Of a stretch of 64,000 bases of DNA, positions 46,720-57,657 are shown in pieces. The notes below the pieces were generated by a model that was not told where the DNA came from, made no database searches, and saw nothing but the letters and a program-made list of their open reading frames with translations. Position 1 is the stretch's first letter, and each line of letters opens with the position of its first letter. The stretch comes from a plasmid, in sequence record NZ_CP043850.1. The stretch is one strand, 5' to 3'. A program made the translations under genes and the position numbers.

Positions 46720-47031
46720 TCAGGAGCGAACGAGCCGGTTGATGGCGTCGGTGGCTTCCTGGATCTTCTCGACGGCCGCCTCGTCGCTGAGCTTGGCGGC
46801 ATCAAGCACGCAGTGCTTGAGATGGTCGTCGAGCAGACCAGTCGCGACCCCCTGGAGGGCACGGGTCAGGGCGGAGACCTGGGTGAGGATGTCGATGCAG
46901 TACTTCTCCTCATCGATCATCTTCGCGATCCCACGCGCCTGTCCTTCGATGCGCTTCATGCGGCCGAGATAGCGCTCCTTGTCGCTGATGTAGCCGTGCT
47001 GGTGGGAATCGTTATCGACAGACATGGGCAT
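46720..47031 (-). CDS. csoR: CsoR/RcnR-family copper-sensing repressor
   Basis: About 103 aa from MPMSVDNDSHQHGYI. Signature HGYISDKERYLGRMKRIEGQARGIAKMIDEEKYCIDILTQ...H..C (Cys-His-Cys ligand pattern). Directly downstream of the CopB-like ATPase. Confidence 0.8.
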   Translation of the reverse strand: MPMSVDNDSHQHGYISDKERYLGRMKRIEGQARGIAKMIDEEKYCIDILTQVSALTRALQGVATGLLDDHLKHCVLDAAKLSDEAAVEKIQEATDAINRLVRS

Positions 47032-47035
47032 GTCC

Positions 47036-49273
47036 TTACTTCTGGCGCTCCAGGACGGAACGCGTGCTAGCTTCGGGTGTAAGGTCGATGCGCCGCAGCA
47101 GCTGGGCGTTGAGCGCGACAACCACGGTGGAGGCTGACATCAGGATCGCGCCGATCGACATTGGCAGGACGAGTCCCACCGGTGCGAGGATACCGGCCGC
47201 CAACGGCACCGAAAGAAGGTTGTAGCCGGCGGCCCACCACAGGTTCTGCTTCATCTTGCCGTATGCGCGTCGCGACAGCTGGATGATCGAGAGCACGCTG
47301 CGTGGGTCGGAACTGGCCAGGATCACCCCGGCCGAGGCGATGGCGACATCGGTGCCAGCGCCGATCGCGATGCCGACATCGGCCTGCGCCAGAGCCGGGG
47401 CGTCGTTGACGCCGTCGCCGACCATCGCGACCCTCTTGCCCTCTTCCTGCAGCTGGGAGACCTTCGCGGACTTGTCCTCCGGGCGCACGCCGGCGAAGAC
47501 GCGGTCGATGCCGAGCTCCTTGCCGACCTCGTTCGCGACCGCCTCGGCATCGCCGGTGATCATGACGACCTCGACGCCGAGGGCGTGGAGGGCGTCGACG
47601 GCGTAGCGGGATTCTGGCCGGACCTCGTCGGCGAGCCTCAGCCCGCCGACCACCTGGCCGCCGCGGAGAACGTGCAGAATGATCGCGCCCTCGGAGCGCC
47701 ATGCCTCGGCCGTGCCGACCTCGTGCTGACCGGTCTCCTCGAGCAGCCGGGGCCCGCCGACGCGGACCTCCTGGCCGGAGACGGTCGCAGTGACGCCGAC
47801 GGCGGGCGAGGATGAGAAGCCGCTGGCCTGCTGGAGGGCAAAACCCTTGTCCTTGGCGGCGGTGACGATGGCCTTGGCGAGCGGGTGCTCGCTGTCGGCC
47901 TCGGCCGAGGCAGCGAGGGCGAGGACCTGGTCGGCGTCGAGTTCGCCGGTCGGCTCGACGCCGGTGACGGTGGGCTCGCCCTTGGTCAGCGTGCCGGTCT
48001 TGTCGAACAGGACCGCGTCGACCTGCCGCATGGACTCCAGCGCCAGGCGGTCCTTCACTAGGACGCCGCCGCGGGCGGCTCGCTCGGTGGCGATGGAGAC
48101 GACCAGCGGGATCGCCAGGCCGAGGGCGTGGGGGCAGGCGATGACGAGCACGGTGATGGTGCGCACGACGGCCTCGTCGGGCATGCCGATGAGCGTCCAG
48201 ACGACCGCAGTGACCAGCGCCGCGCCAAGAGCGAACCAGAACAGCCAGGCCGCGGCCTTGTCGGCGATCCGCTGGGCGCGGGAGGATGAGTTCTGCGCCT
48301 CGGCGACGAGCCGGTTGATGCCGGCCAGGGCGGTGTCGTCACCGGTGGCGGTGATCTCCACCCGCAGGCCGGAGTCGGTGGCGACGGTGCCGGCGGTGAC
48401 GGTCTGGCCCTCGCCGCGAGAGACCGGGCGGGACTCGCCGGTGATCATGGACTCGTCCATCTCGGCGCGGCCGTCGACGATGGTTCCGTCAGCCGGGACG
48501 CTGCCGCCGGGGCGCACGAGGACCACGTCGCCCACGTCGAGGTCGGCTGGGGCCACCTTGACGACGTTCTCGCCCTCGACGCGCTCGGCCTCGTCTGGCA
48601 GCAGTGCCGCCAACGAGTCGAGCGCCGAGGTGGTCTGGGCCAGGGAGCGCATCTCGATCCAATGGCCCAGCAGCATGATTACGATCAGCAGCGCCAGTTC
48701 CCACCAGAATTCGAGCTCATGATGGACGAGCCCGAGCGTGGCGGCCCAGGAAGCGAAGAAGGCCACCGTGATCGCCAGAGCGATGAGCAGCATCATCCCG
48801 GGCTTGCGGGACTTCAACTCGCTGACGGCACCGGTGAGGAAGGGCCTGCCGCCCCAGACGTACATGACGGTGCCCAGTGCCGCGGCGACCCAGCCCGCCC
48901 AGCCGGGGACCTCGTAGCCCAGCAGCATGGCGAACATCGGTGAGAGGGCGACCGCGGGGATGGCGATGACGAGGTTGATCCAAAACAGTCGGCGGAACTG
49001 GCCAACGTGGTCCCCGTGCCCGCCATGGCCGCTGTGATCTCCGTACCCACCGTGCTGGGCATGCTCATCGTGGCCGCCGTGCTCGTCGAGGCCCGTGTGG
49101 CCTGAGTGCTGCCCGTGGTCCATGGCGTGGCCCTGATGCCCGGTGTGCTGACCCTCGCGCGTGCCGTGCGCATCCGCCGAGGCGTGCGCGGACACAGACC
49201 CGTGGTGATGCTCGCCGTGGGCGGGTGTATCGGTTTCGTGACCGTGATGCTGTTGTGAGTTCGGGTCCGTCAT
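47036..49273 (-). CDS. P1B-type heavy-metal ATPase, CopB-like (His-rich N-terminus, CPH motif)
   Basis: 745 aa with His-rich N-terminal MBD (HGHETDTPAHGEHHHGS...), TM6 CPH (IACPHALGLAIP), DKTGTLT, the HP motif and [10 protein letters not shown]. Confidence 0.9.
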   Translation of the reverse strand: MTDPNSQQHHGHETDTPAHGEHHHGSVSAHASADAHGTREGQHTGHQGHAMDHGQHSGHTGLDEHGGHDEHAQHGGYGDHSGHGGHGDHVGQFRRLFWINLVIAIPAVALSPMFAMLLGYEVPGWAGWVAAALGTVMYVWGGRPFLTGAVSELKSRKPGMMLLIALAITVAFFASWAATLGLVHHELEFWWELALLIVIMLLGHWIEMRSLAQTTSALDSLAALLPDEAERVEGENVVKVAPADLDVGDVVLVRPGGSVPADGTIVDGRAEMDESMITGESRPVSRGEGQTVTAGTVATDSGLRVEITATGDDTALAGINRLVAEAQNSSSRAQRIADKAAAWLFWFALGAALVTAVVWTLIGMPDEAVVRTITVLVIACPHALGLAIPLVVSIATERAARGGVLVKDRLALESMRQVDAVLFDKTGTLTKGEPTVTGVEPTGELDADQVLALAASAEADSEHPLAKAIVTAAKDKGFALQQASGFSSSPAVGVTATVSGQEVRVGGPRLLEETGQHEVGTAEAWRSEGAIILHVLRGGQVVGGLRLADEVRPESRYAVDALHALGVEVVMITGDAEAVANEVGKELGIDRVFAGVRPEDKSAKVSQLQEEGKRVAMVGDGVNDAPALAQADVGIAIGAGTDVAIASAGVILASSDPRSVLSIIQLSRRAYGKMKQNLWWAAGYNLLSVPLAAGILAPVGLVLPMSIGAILMSASTVVVALNAQLLRRIDLTPEASTRSVLERQK

Positions 49274-49343
49274 GATTCCTCTCCTCCGTCATCGAGCCAG
49301 GCCGATTGCCGCTCACCCGGTGGCCGGGCAAGCGAACGTCGGC

Positions 49344-49961
49344 TCAGGACGCTGGTTGGATCTCGCTCTCGACGACCCACTTGTGGTTCGTCATCTTCAT
49401 GCCGTCCGTCTCGTAGTCGACCATGTAGACCGTCTCATCGGTGGACGAAGCAATGATGGCCTTTACGCCTTCCATGCCTTCCATGTGCTCGGCGAGCAGA
49501 GTCACCTCTGTGCCGTCGGCCAGGCGCGCGTCGCCGGCATCCTCAATTTCTTCCTGCACGACCCACTTGTGATCAGTGACGGGGTCGCCGCCACCTGCGG
49601 GCGTGTAGTTCACGGAGTACGTGTACGTGTCGAATGCGCCGGAAATCGTTGCTGTAGCCCCTTCCATGCCTTCCATGTGGTCGGCCGTGAGCTGCACCTC
49701 GGTACCGACAGGGTAGGTGGGCTCACTGGCTTCGGCGATACCCTCGGGTGCCGGTCCGCCGTCCATCGGGTGCTCCATCTCTTCATCACCGCTTTCTGCG
49801 TTGTTGCCGCCGTGGCCCTGATGCTCCTCAGTAGCCGAGGGGTCGGTCTGCTGGTTGTCGTCTGCTCCGCTGGCGCAACCGGCGAGCACGAGCGCCACTC
49901 CGAGGGCTCCCGCTGCCAGTCCTGTTCGCAGTCTCCTCTGCATGTCATTTCCTTTCATCAA
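49344..49961 (-). CDS. DUF1541/YdhK-like copper-associated lipoprotein (duplicated domain)
   Basis: Lipobox LAGC. Two repeats carrying HMEGMEG...Y.V.Y and a Met/His-rich linker. This family typically sits next to copper ATPases. Confidence 0.6.
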   Translation of the reverse strand: MMKGNDMQRRLRTGLAAGALGVALVLAGCASGADDNQQTDPSATEEHQGHGGNNAESGDEEMEHPMDGGPAPEGIAEASEPTYPVGTEVQLTADHMEGMEGATATISGAFDTYTYSVNYTPAGGGDPVTDHKWVVQEEIEDAGDARLADGTEVTLLAEHMEGMEGVKAIIASSTDETVYMVDYETDGMKMTNHKWVVESEIQPAS

Positions 49962-49973
49962 TATGCCTACCCT

Positions 49974-49990
49974 ATACCCCTAGGGGGTAC
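49974..49990. promoter_or_regulatory. CsoR-type operator (TACCCCTAGGGGGTA) followed by shared TACTAGTCAA box
   Basis: Lies between the ydhK-like start (49961) and the ferredoxin stop. The same GGGTAC...TACTAGTCAA arrangement recurs upstream of copZ (57070-57100). Confidence 0.55.
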
Positions 49991-50040
49991 TAGTCAAGAC
50001 TTGTGTGTTGTGTCGGTATGGATCAATCGGAAACCCCTTC

Positions 50041-50370
50041 TCAGAGGGTCTGCTCGTGTTGGATGGGCAATGCGGCGATGAGGGGATGGTCGAAGCCCGT
50101 CGGTCCGGTCTTCGCGGCTCCTCCGGGAGAACCCAACTCGTCGAAGAACTCGACGTTGGCCTTGGAGTAGTCAGACCATTCGTCGGGCAGGTCGTCTTCG
50201 TAGTAGATGGCCTCGACGGGGCAGACCGGTTCGCAGGCTCCGCAGTCGACGCATTCGTCGGGGTGGATGTAGAGCGAGCGTTCGCCCTCGTAGATGCAGT
50301 CGACAGGACATTCGTCGATGCAGGCGCGGTCCTTGACGTCCACGCAGGGAAGCGCGATCACGTAGGTCAT
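50041..50370 (-). CDS. 7Fe ferredoxin (FdxA-type, 3Fe-4S + 4Fe-4S)
   Basis: 109 aa with CxxDxxCxxxCP and CxxCxxCxxxCP cluster motifs ([21 protein letters not shown]). Confidence 0.85.
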   Translation of the reverse strand: MTYVIALPCVDVKDRACIDECPVDCIYEGERSLYIHPDECVDCGACEPVCPVEAIYYEDDLPDEWSDYSKANVEFFDELGSPGGAAKTGPTGFDHPLIAALPIQHEQTL

Positions 50371-51644
50371 GGCTGCTCCTCTCGGTCGGGTGCGGATCGG
50401 CGGTGAGAGCCGGTGGGAGGCTCGGGGAAGTCGTCAGCCTCTGCCGGGCCTGCGGCCGGGTGCGGGATGCGCAGGCGCAGGACGGTGGCGACGAGGCTGA
50501 GGGCGATGATGATCGCACCGAGGATCGTCATCGTCCCCGACAGGGTGAGCACCGGCACGAGCAATCCGGCGACGATGGTGGGCACGCCGAATGCCAGGTA
50601 GGCAACTGTGTAGATCACAGCCATCACGGCGGCGCGTTCCGACGATGCCGTGTGGGGCATGAGTGTGCGCAGTACCCCGAGGAACGCTGTGCCGAACCCG
50701 GAACCGACGATCGCGACCGAGGCGACATAGGCTGGGTAGGAACCGAGTGCGAGGGCGCCGATGCTCACTGCGGTGCCGAACGCCAGGGCACTGGTCGCAT
50801 ACAGGCTGATGGTGCGGGCGGAACGCCGCTGTAGGACGGAGGAGGCGGTGACTCCGGAGATCGCCAGTGCGAAGAGGACGATCCCAGCTTGGGTGTGCGT
50901 GGAGCCCCCAAGCTCACTGCCGACGAGGTCGGCTCCGAGCGCAAGGAAGAGTCCGTTGGTCGCCCACCCGGCGATGATCACGGGCACTCCGACGGTGAAC
51001 ATGCGGCGTAGGTGCGGTGGCACGGTGAACCGCGGACGGAGGTCGCCACGTCGTATCTGGGTCTTCGGGACCAGTTCCGGTGTGCTCCACACGACCGTTG
51101 CCACGATGAGGAAGGCAAGCACGAGCGACCCGAAGACGGCAGTTGTCGGTTCGGAGGTGAGATCGAGGAGAAGTGCAGCACCGAGAGCCCCGGCCCCAAG
51201 GCCAATCATCGGGCCGATCGTGTTCCACAGGGCTGCGATGTTCCGATGTGACGGGGACTCGAAGTCGATCATCATCGCCGACAGCGCCGGGATCAGCAGA
51301 CCCGCTGCGAGCCCTTGCAAGGCTCGGGCGACCAGGAGCGCCGCGAGGCTACCGGCGAACCAGAACATGGCCACGCTCAGCGCCAGCGCCAAAGAACCGG
51401 CGGCCACGACCGGACGTCGGCCGACGTGGTCGGAGAGTGGTCCGAGGTAGAGCAGCGCGGCCAGGAGGGTGAAGGTGTAGACCGCGAACACGAGTGTGGT
51501 GGCGACGGGGATGAGTCCGAGCCGTTCGGCGATCTGGGGATAGAACAAGGACGGCGCGCTGGCAGCGGCCATCATGAGAATGGTCGCTGCCAGCGAGAGC
51601 ACGAAGCCCCACCGTGGGATCTGCCTAATACAGTCTCCCGCCAT
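50367..51644 (-). CDS. MFS transporter
   Basis: 425 aa with 12 predicted TM helices and an MFS-like GRR/PxxP motif pattern. Confidence 0.75.
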   Translation of the reverse strand: MAGDCIRQIPRWGFVLSLAATILMMAAASAPSLFYPQIAERLGLIPVATTLVFAVYTFTLLAALLYLGPLSDHVGRRPVVAAGSLALALSVAMFWFAGSLAALLVARALQGLAAGLLIPALSAMMIDFESPSHRNIAALWNTIGPMIGLGAGALGAALLLDLTSEPTTAVFGSLVLAFLIVATVVWSTPELVPKTQIRRGDLRPRFTVPPHLRRMFTVGVPVIIAGWATNGLFLALGADLVGSELGGSTHTQAGIVLFALAISGVTASSVLQRRSARTISLYATSALAFGTAVSIGALALGSYPAYVASVAIVGSGFGTAFLGVLRTLMPHTASSERAAVMAVIYTVAYLAFGVPTIVAGLLVPVLTLSGTMTILGAIIIALSLVATVLRLRIPHPAAGPAEADDFPEPPTGSHRRSAPDREEQP

Positions 51645-51647
51645 TGC

Positions 51648-52793
51648 CTATGCCCGCACGCCGTGGAGCTGCTGCCCCCACTGGTAGACGGTGCCGACTG
51701 CGTCGATGCCAGTGACGCCGACGACGATGCCGTCGATCTCGTGGCGGACGATGAACTCCTCACCCGCTTCCAGGTGGGCGTCTGCGCCGGCTGTGTACCC
51801 GACTCCGGAGATCATCTGACCGTAGACCATTGCCATGTAAGGGCTGCGTGGCAGGTAGGCGCCCGGATCGTCGCTAACGCCGAGGTCGTGCAATGCGGCC
51901 CGCGCGGCATGCGCACCCTGTGCGGCGGCGTCTTCCCAATGGTCGATGCGCCAGGCGTCCAGTGCTTCGTCGTGGTGCGTGGCCACGCCTCCGGCTGCGT
52001 AGACGTGGTCTGCCGCGGCGCGGAGGTGATCGTCGACGTCGATACCGTTCGTCCACGGTGACGGGGCTGCGGGCGTCGTGCCGAGCGCGAGGAGAAGGAA
52101 GTCAGCCACGACGGGATTTCCGTCGTTGAGGGTGATGGTGACACCGGATTCTGTTTCGTCGACATGCTGGAGAGTGCGACCGAATCGGGCCTGCACCTTG
52201 GCGGCATGGTCGGCGGCGAGGCGCTCAGCCACGGGCGCCCCAAACGCTCCGACGCCGGGAACTGAACTGCGGGAGACCAGCGTGACCATGTGTCCGTCGG
52301 CTTGCAGAGACGAGGCCGTCTCGGCTGCGATGATTCCACCGCCGTAGATCGCTACCCGCGCGGGTCGCCCCAGTCCGGTCAGCAGCTTTCGGATGCCCAG
52401 GGCATCCCCCACGGAGTGAAGAGCGGTGACCCGCCCTTGTCCGGCGTCGTCGCCGCCGAACACGTCAGCGGGCAGGGAGCGGGGCATGCTCCCGGTCGCG
52501 ACGATGAGCGCGTCGTAGGAGACTTGTGCGCCGGAGGTCAACTGGGCCTGCTTCGCCGAGGTATCGACTTTAAGCACGGTGTCGGCGATGACCTCGATCT
52601 GAGGCAGCGGGAGCTTGATCATCTCCGGCGGTGTCTGACCGAACGCGATTCCCTTGATGAGCATCCGCGTATAGGGCGTCTCCCCGGTGCGGGTCACCAG
52701 CGTCACCCGGACATCGTCGCGTGAGGCGAGAGTGCGGGCGGCTGCGGCCCCGGCTGCTCCCGATCCGAGGATGAGGACGTGCTGTGGGGTCAT
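51648..52793 (-). CDS. FAD-dependent pyridine nucleotide-disulfide oxidoreductase (ferredoxin reductase-like)
   Basis: 381 aa with an N-terminal FAD GxGxxG (ILGSGAAGAAAAR), a second NAD(P) GxGxxA (AIYGGGIIAAE) and a C-terminal dimerisation region. Confidence 0.8.
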   Translation of the reverse strand: MTPQHVLILGSGAAGAAAARTLASRDDVRVTLVTRTGETPYTRMLIKGIAFGQTPPEMIKLPLPQIEVIADTVLKVDTSAKQAQLTSGAQVSYDALIVATGSMPRSLPADVFGGDDAGQGRVTALHSVGDALGIRKLLTGLGRPARVAIYGGGIIAAETASSLQADGHMVTLVSRSSVPGVGAFGAPVAERLAADHAAKVQARFGRTLQHVDETESGVTITLNDGNPVVADFLLLALGTTPAAPSPWTNGIDVDDHLRAAADHVYAAGGVATHHDEALDAWRIDHWEDAAAQGAHAARAALHDLGVSDDPGAYLPRSPYMAMVYGQMISGVGYTAGADAHLEAGEEFIVRHEIDGIVVGVTGIDAVGTVYQWGQQLHGVRA

Positions 52794-52839
52794 AGAAGAA
52801 CTCCTGGATGCTGGTCGTGATCGAACTGATGCGCCGGCG

Positions 52840-53193
52840 TCAGGAGCGCACGAGGCGGGCGATGGCCTCGGACGCCTCGCCGAGCCTCTGCTCGCTGACT
52901 GGTCCGCCGGCGAGTGCGGCGTCGAGGACGCAATGCTTGAGGTGATCGTCGAGCAGGCCGAGGGCGACGTTTTCGAGTGCCCTGGTGACTGCGGAGATCT
53001 GGGTGAGGATGTCGATGCAGTAGCGGTCCTCGTCGACCATCCGATCGATGCCGCGGATTTGGCCTTCCAGGCGGCGCAGGCGATTGCGGTACTTCGTCTT
53101 ATCGCTGATGTATCCGTGGACGGACGCGTCGCCGTCGCCTCCTGCGGGGCAGGTGTCGAGATGGGTTTCGGTGGTGGGAGTCGTAGTGGTCAT
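52840..53193 (-). CDS. csoR: CsoR/RcnR-family copper-sensing repressor (second paralogue)
   Basis: 117 aa with HGYISDKTKYRNRLRRLEGQIRGIDRMVDEDRYCIDILTQ...H..C. Confidence 0.8.
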   Translation of the reverse strand: MTTTTPTTETHLDTCPAGGDGDASVHGYISDKTKYRNRLRRLEGQIRGIDRMVDEDRYCIDILTQISAVTRALENVALGLLDDHLKHCVLDAALAGGPVSEQRLGEASEAIARLVRS

Positions 53194-53259
53194 GTCGGCT
53201 CGCTCCGATCAGGTGGCGGGGTGCCGCAGCGGTGCCGCGGCACCCCGCACGCTGGTGGA

Positions 53260-53568
53260 TTACGCCATGTTGGCGGCGTACTTGGCTGGGTCCGAATCGA
53301 ACGCGGGCCCACAGCCAGCGCAGCAGAAGTAGTAGCGCTCATCCTCGAAGTCGCGGTAGAGGCCGGCGGCCTCGGCGGTCTTCTTGCTGACCGGGGTGCC
53401 GACCATGACCGGGCAGGTAGTCATGTCATCGGCGCCCCCGCCAAGAAGGTTCTCGCGTCCACCGTTCTCCACGGCCGGGTTGGTCTCGTTCGTGCTGCAG
53501 CAGCTGCTCATTCTCTGGTGTTCCTTCGTTATTGGATTCGTGTGGATGGGTGGGTTCTCGTACGTCAC
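53260..53568 (-). CDS. YHS-domain (TRASH-like) copper-binding protein
   Basis: 102 aa with the C-terminal motif [10 protein letters not shown]...YYFCCAGC. Start overlaps the copA stop. Confidence 0.6.
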   Translation of the reverse strand: MTYENPPIHTNPITKEHQRMSSCCSTNETNPAVENGGRENLLGGGADDMTTCPVMVGTPVSKKTAEAAGLYRDFEDERYYFCCAGCGPAFDSDPAKYAANMA

Positions 53569-55835
53569 TTCGAGGCGACGCTCGTGAACCCGCGCAGGCG
53601 GAGGCTGTTGCCGACGACGAAGACGCTGGAGAACGCCATCGCCGCACCTGCGAGCATGGGGTTGAGCATGCCGAGCGCAGCGACCGGGATCGCGGCGGTG
53701 TTGTAAGCGAATGCCCAGAACAGGTTGGTCTTGATCGTCGACAGGGTCTTCCTGGACAGGCGGATCGCGTCGACGGCGGCCCGCAGGTCACCGCGCACGA
53801 GCGTGATGTCGGAGGCCTCGATCGCGACGTCCGTGCCGGTGCCCATCGCGAGGCCCAGGTCGGCCTGCGCGAGCGCGGGGGCGTCGTTGACGCCGTCGCC
53901 GACCATCGCGACGATCTTGCCCTCTTCCTGGAGGCGGGTGACGACGTCGACCTTGTCCTTGGGTAGCACTTCGGCGATGACCTCGTCGATGCCGACCTCG
54001 GACGCGATCTGGCGGGCCACGGCCTCGTTGTCACCGGTGAGCAGCACCGGGGTCAGGCCGATCTCCTTGAGCCCGCGGATCGCCTCGGCGCTCGTGGGCT
54101 TGACGGTGTCGGCGACGACCAGGATGCCACGCGCAGCACCGTCCCAGCCGATCGCGACGACCGTCTTGCCCTCGCCCTCGGCCTGGGCCTTCGCCTGTGC
54201 GACCTCCGGAGAGAGCTTCTGCGACCAGTCCGCCAGCAGAGACTCGCGGCCGACGACGACCGGGGTCCCCTCGACGATGCCCTGCACGCCCTTGCCCTCG
54301 ACATTGGCGAAGTCCTCTGGAGTAGGCAGCTGGCCGACTTCCTGGGTCGCGCCCTTGGCGATCGCCTGCGCAATCGGATGCTCGGAAGAGTCTTCCAGTG
54401 CACCGGCGAAACGCAGCAGCTCCGCACGATCCACACCGGGCTCAGTGATCACGTCGGTCAGAGTCATCTTGCCGCTGGTGACGGTGCCGGTCTTATCGAG
54501 CACGACGGTGTCGACCTTGCGAGTGGACTCCAGCACCTCCGGACCCTTGATGAGGACGCCCATCTGCGCACCGCGCCCGGTGCCGACGAGCAGCGCGGTC
54601 GGGGTTGCCAGACCCAGCGCGCAGGGGCAGGCGATGACGAGCACGGCGACCGCTGCGGTGAACGCGGCGGCGACGGGGAACCCGCCTCCCAGCCAGGCGC
54701 CGAGGGTGATGAACGCGACGACGATGACGATCGGCACGAAGATGCCGGAGATGCGATCGGCCAGACGCTGCACCTCGGCCTTGCCGGTCTGCGCGTCCTC
54801 GACGAGCTTCGCCATCTGTGCGAGCTGTGTGTCCGAACCCACACGAGTCGCCCGCACGACCAGGCGGCCGCCGGCGTTGACGGTGGCACCGGTGACCGAG
54901 TCGCCCTCGCGGACCTCGACCGGCACGGACTCGCCGGTGAGCATCGAGGCGTCCACCGCGGAGGAGCCGGAGGTCACGAGACCGTCGGTGGCGATCTTCT
55001 CGCCTGGACGGACGATGAACTCGTCGCCGACCGCCAGCTCAGAGGTGGGGATCTTCACCTCTACGCCGTCGCGGAGTACGGCGACTTCCTTCGCGCCCAG
55101 CTCCAGGAGGGCGCGCAGCGCGGCCCCGGCCTGGCGCTTGGATCGCTTCTCGAAGTAGCGGCCGGCGAGGATGAACATCGTCACGCCCGCGCCGACTTCG
55201 AGGTAGATGTTCGCCGCGCCATCCGACGGAGCGATCGTGAACTCGAAGGGGTGCGTCATGCCGGGAGTGCCGGCAGTGCCGAGGAAGAGCGCGTAGAGCG
55301 ACCAGAGCAGTGCGACGGAGGTGCCCATCGAGATGAGCGTGTCCATCGTCGCCGCACCGTGCTTGAGGTTTGTCCACGCCGCCTTGTGGAACGGCCAAGC
55401 TCCCCAGATGATCACCGGTGCGGCCAGGGCGAGTGAGGCCCACTGCCAATACGTGAACTGCAGCGCGGGGATCATCGCCATCGCGATTACGGGAACAGTG
55501 AGCACGATCGCGCCGATCAGCCGATGCCGCAGCGAGGTGAGCTCACTGTCTTCCTCCTCCCCGGCCTCGGTCTCCGACGTGTTCGCCGTAGTGTCCTTGG
55601 GCTTGGGCAGTGCGGCCGTGTACCCGGTCTTCTCGACCTCGGCGACCAGCAGTGACGGATCGTAGCCGGCAGGCACGGTGACCTTAGCCTTCTCAGTGGC
55701 GTAGTTGACGGTGGCCGCGACGCCATCGAGCTTGTTCAGCTTCTTCTCGATCCGGTTCGCGCAGGAGGCGCAGGTCATCCCGCCGATCTCCAACTCGATG
55801 TCCGGCCCACCCGTTGGGGGCGCTGATGTGCTCAT
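53565..55835 (-). CDS. copA: copper-translocating P1B-1 ATPase CopA
   Basis: 756 aa with N-terminal HMA domain ([15 protein letters not shown]), CPC ([12 protein letters not shown]), DKTGTVT, HP and [10 protein letters not shown]. Confidence 0.9.
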   Translation of the reverse strand: MSTSAPPTGGPDIELEIGGMTCASCANRIEKKLNKLDGVAATVNYATEKAKVTVPAGYDPSLLVAEVEKTGYTAALPKPKDTTANTSETEAGEEEDSELTSLRHRLIGAIVLTVPVIAMAMIPALQFTYWQWASLALAAPVIIWGAWPFHKAAWTNLKHGAATMDTLISMGTSVALLWSLYALFLGTAGTPGMTHPFEFTIAPSDGAANIYLEVGAGVTMFILAGRYFEKRSKRQAGAALRALLELGAKEVAVLRDGVEVKIPTSELAVGDEFIVRPGEKIATDGLVTSGSSAVDASMLTGESVPVEVREGDSVTGATVNAGGRLVVRATRVGSDTQLAQMAKLVEDAQTGKAEVQRLADRISGIFVPIVIVVAFITLGAWLGGGFPVAAAFTAAVAVLVIACPCALGLATPTALLVGTGRGAQMGVLIKGPEVLESTRKVDTVVLDKTGTVTSGKMTLTDVITEPGVDRAELLRFAGALEDSSEHPIAQAIAKGATQEVGQLPTPEDFANVEGKGVQGIVEGTPVVVGRESLLADWSQKLSPEVAQAKAQAEGEGKTVVAIGWDGAARGILVVADTVKPTSAEAIRGLKEIGLTPVLLTGDNEAVARQIASEVGIDEVIAEVLPKDKVDVVTRLQEEGKIVAMVGDGVNDAPALAQADLGLAMGTGTDVAIEASDITLVRGDLRAAVDAIRLSRKTLSTIKTNLFWAFAYNTAAIPVAALGMLNPMLAGAAMAFSSVFVVGNSLRLRGFTSVASK

Positions 55836-55881
55836 CCTCTTCCTTCTTTCTCAGCTCTCGTGCGACGCCGGGCCCTGCGGG

Positions 55882-56823
55882 TCAGTGGCCGTCGGAATGC
55901 GAATCGTCTGTCTTCGTGCCGTCACCATGCTCGGCGTCGATCACGAACTCGGCGGTGTGCACCTGCCCGTCGACCTGGAAGTCCAGGTAGAGCAGGTAAC
56001 GGTCGGCGGTCGGGGCCTCCGCTGCGAATCCGATGTCGGGTCCGGCCGTGTCCCCGGCCTGGGGCTGGTCGCCCTCGGCGTGGACGTGCAGGTAGGCGAG
56101 GTCACCCTCGCGCAGCGCCACTAAGTGGCCGAACGCGCCCAGGTAAGGCTCCAGCGTGGTCACCGGCTGACCGTCACGCTCGACCGAGATGGTGAGCTCG
56201 CTTGAGGTGCCCGCAGTGAGGTCGCCGTTGAGGGAGACGGTGTATCCGTCGACCTCGTCGGTGGGCTGCGCCTCGGTCTCGACAGGGGTGAAGTCGCCCG
56301 CGACCTCGATTGCGCGGGTGAGAGTGATGCCTTCGGCTTCCTCGCCCGCGGGTGTGAAGTCGGCGTACACGCGGTAGGTGCCCGCCTCGTCCCAGGTCCA
56401 CGGCACCGACCAGGTGCCTGTGCTCGTGTCGAGTTCGGGGTGCACGTGCTGGAAGCCGGCGCCGTCGGTGCGCACGGCGATCAGGTGCAGGTCCTTCTCG
56501 TGCGCGGTGGTGTATTCGGTCACCGGTTCGCCGGACTCGTCGAGGATCTGGAAGCTCAGGTCTCCATCCTCGCCTGCGGCCGTGGGGGCCTGGACCGGAG
56601 AGAGCACGAAGCCGTCCGCGCTTGCGGAGACCCCGTTCAGAGCGGGCTCCGCGGTTTCCTGCGCAGCGTCGCCGTGCCCTTCACCGTGTGCGTTCACGCC
56701 GCTTCCTTCTGCCCATGCTGCTGCGAAGCTATCGGGAATGACGGCGCCGGCGAGGCCGAAGGCCCCGCCGAACGCCACCACCAACCCGGCCCCGTAGAGC
56801 GCGAGCCGTCCTCCGGCCTTCAT
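55882..56823 (-). CDS. secreted His/Asp-rich protein of the cop operon (possible periplasmic copper-binding protein)
   Basis: 313 aa with N-terminal TM/signal, His-rich segments (HGEGHGDAAQE, HVHPE, HVHAEGD) and a C-terminal ...HGDGTKTDDSHSDGH. Confidence 0.45.
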   Translation of the reverse strand: MKAGGRLALYGAGLVVAFGGAFGLAGAVIPDSFAAAWAEGSGVNAHGEGHGDAAQETAEPALNGVSASADGFVLSPVQAPTAAGEDGDLSFQILDESGEPVTEYTTAHEKDLHLIAVRTDGAGFQHVHPELDTSTGTWSVPWTWDEAGTYRVYADFTPAGEEAEGITLTRAIEVAGDFTPVETEAQPTDEVDGYTVSLNGDLTAGTSSELTISVERDGQPVTTLEPYLGAFGHLVALREGDLAYLHVHAEGDQPQAGDTAGPDIGFAAEAPTADRYLLYLDFQVDGQVHTAEFVIDAEHGDGTKTDDSHSDGH

Positions 56824-57032
56824 CAGACGCGCACCGCCGAGTAGCCGGCCTCCTCGACCGCCGCGAGGACCTTGGCGTCGTCGATCTCGCCCTCGGCGGT
56901 GACGTTGAGCTTGCCGGTCTGCGCGCTGACTTGGATGTCCTGGACGCCGGGGATCTCGCTGACCTCCTCGCGGATCGACATCTCGCAGTGGCCGCAGGTC
57001 ATGCCCGTCACCTGGTAATCGTTCGAAGCCAT
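56823..57032 (-). CDS. copZ: CopZ-type heavy-metal-associated copper chaperone
   Basis: 69 aa with MTCGHC metal-binding motif and ferredoxin-like HMA fold. Confidence 0.85.
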   Translation of the reverse strand: MASNDYQVTGMTCGHCEMSIREEVSEIPGVQDIQVSAQTGKLNVTAEGEIDDAKVLAAVEEAGYSAVRV

Positions 57033-57069
57033 CAGGTGTCCTCCTTGTATGTCGGGTTGTACGTCGGGA

Positions 57070-57086
57070 GTACCCCTACCGGGTAC
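57070..57086. promoter_or_regulatory. CsoR-type operator (GTACCCCTACCGGGTAC) upstream of copZ-copA
   Basis: Palindrome GTACCC-N5-GGGTAC about 38 bp upstream of the copZ ATG, followed by a TACTAGTCAA box. Confidence 0.55.
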
Positions 57087-57657
57087 GTGTACTAGTCAAA
57101 CGTATACCCATGTCAGGTATTCCGCAAGGAGGGAGGCGATCGTGTGAGCTGCATTGCGCAAGTGCTGCAAACAATGGTTGGAGCGTCCGAGGTGTGCCTT
57201 GTGGTGCACCGATGCTGCGGGGCGATCCGCTGGGTTCTGGCGCTGCGCGTCGGAGAGTAGTGACCCCTCGGCTCATCAGAACCGTGGACTGCCTTGCCGC
57301 ATCGACGAAGGCAGCGAAGACTGGTACGAAACCGACTCGCGCCCAGACCCGTCAGTGAGTGGGGTCAACGCTCGGGAAGCGCGGTGCCGGAGACCCCAGG
57401 CAGGGGTCTCTGACGGTGACCCTGGTGAAGGCGCGCGGGCGCAGCAGCACGGGGACAGTCAGTGGCCGGGCCGATCCCGTGGAGGACGTCGTCACCCTCG
57501 GGGTTGTCGAGATGCAGCAAAGACTGCACGCGACTCGCCGTGAACCGTTCGGAGAGGGGGCGGGATCCGGTGTGTGAGGGAGCCTGGCCGGACGCCCCTG
57601 CCGTGCTGGGGCGGGGAGCAGGCTGGGGTATCGAGTCGACAACTCTAGGCTGTCACC

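Noticed and set aside
53215-53248. 12-bp-stem GC hairpin (GCGGGGTGCCGC...GCGGCACCCCGC) between the YHS gene and the second csoR, as an intrinsic terminator
   Set aside because: No downstream U-tract on the transcribed strand, and it lies inside an operon-like arrangement. It may be an attenuator or mRNA-processing site, but the evidence is too weak to call it a feature.
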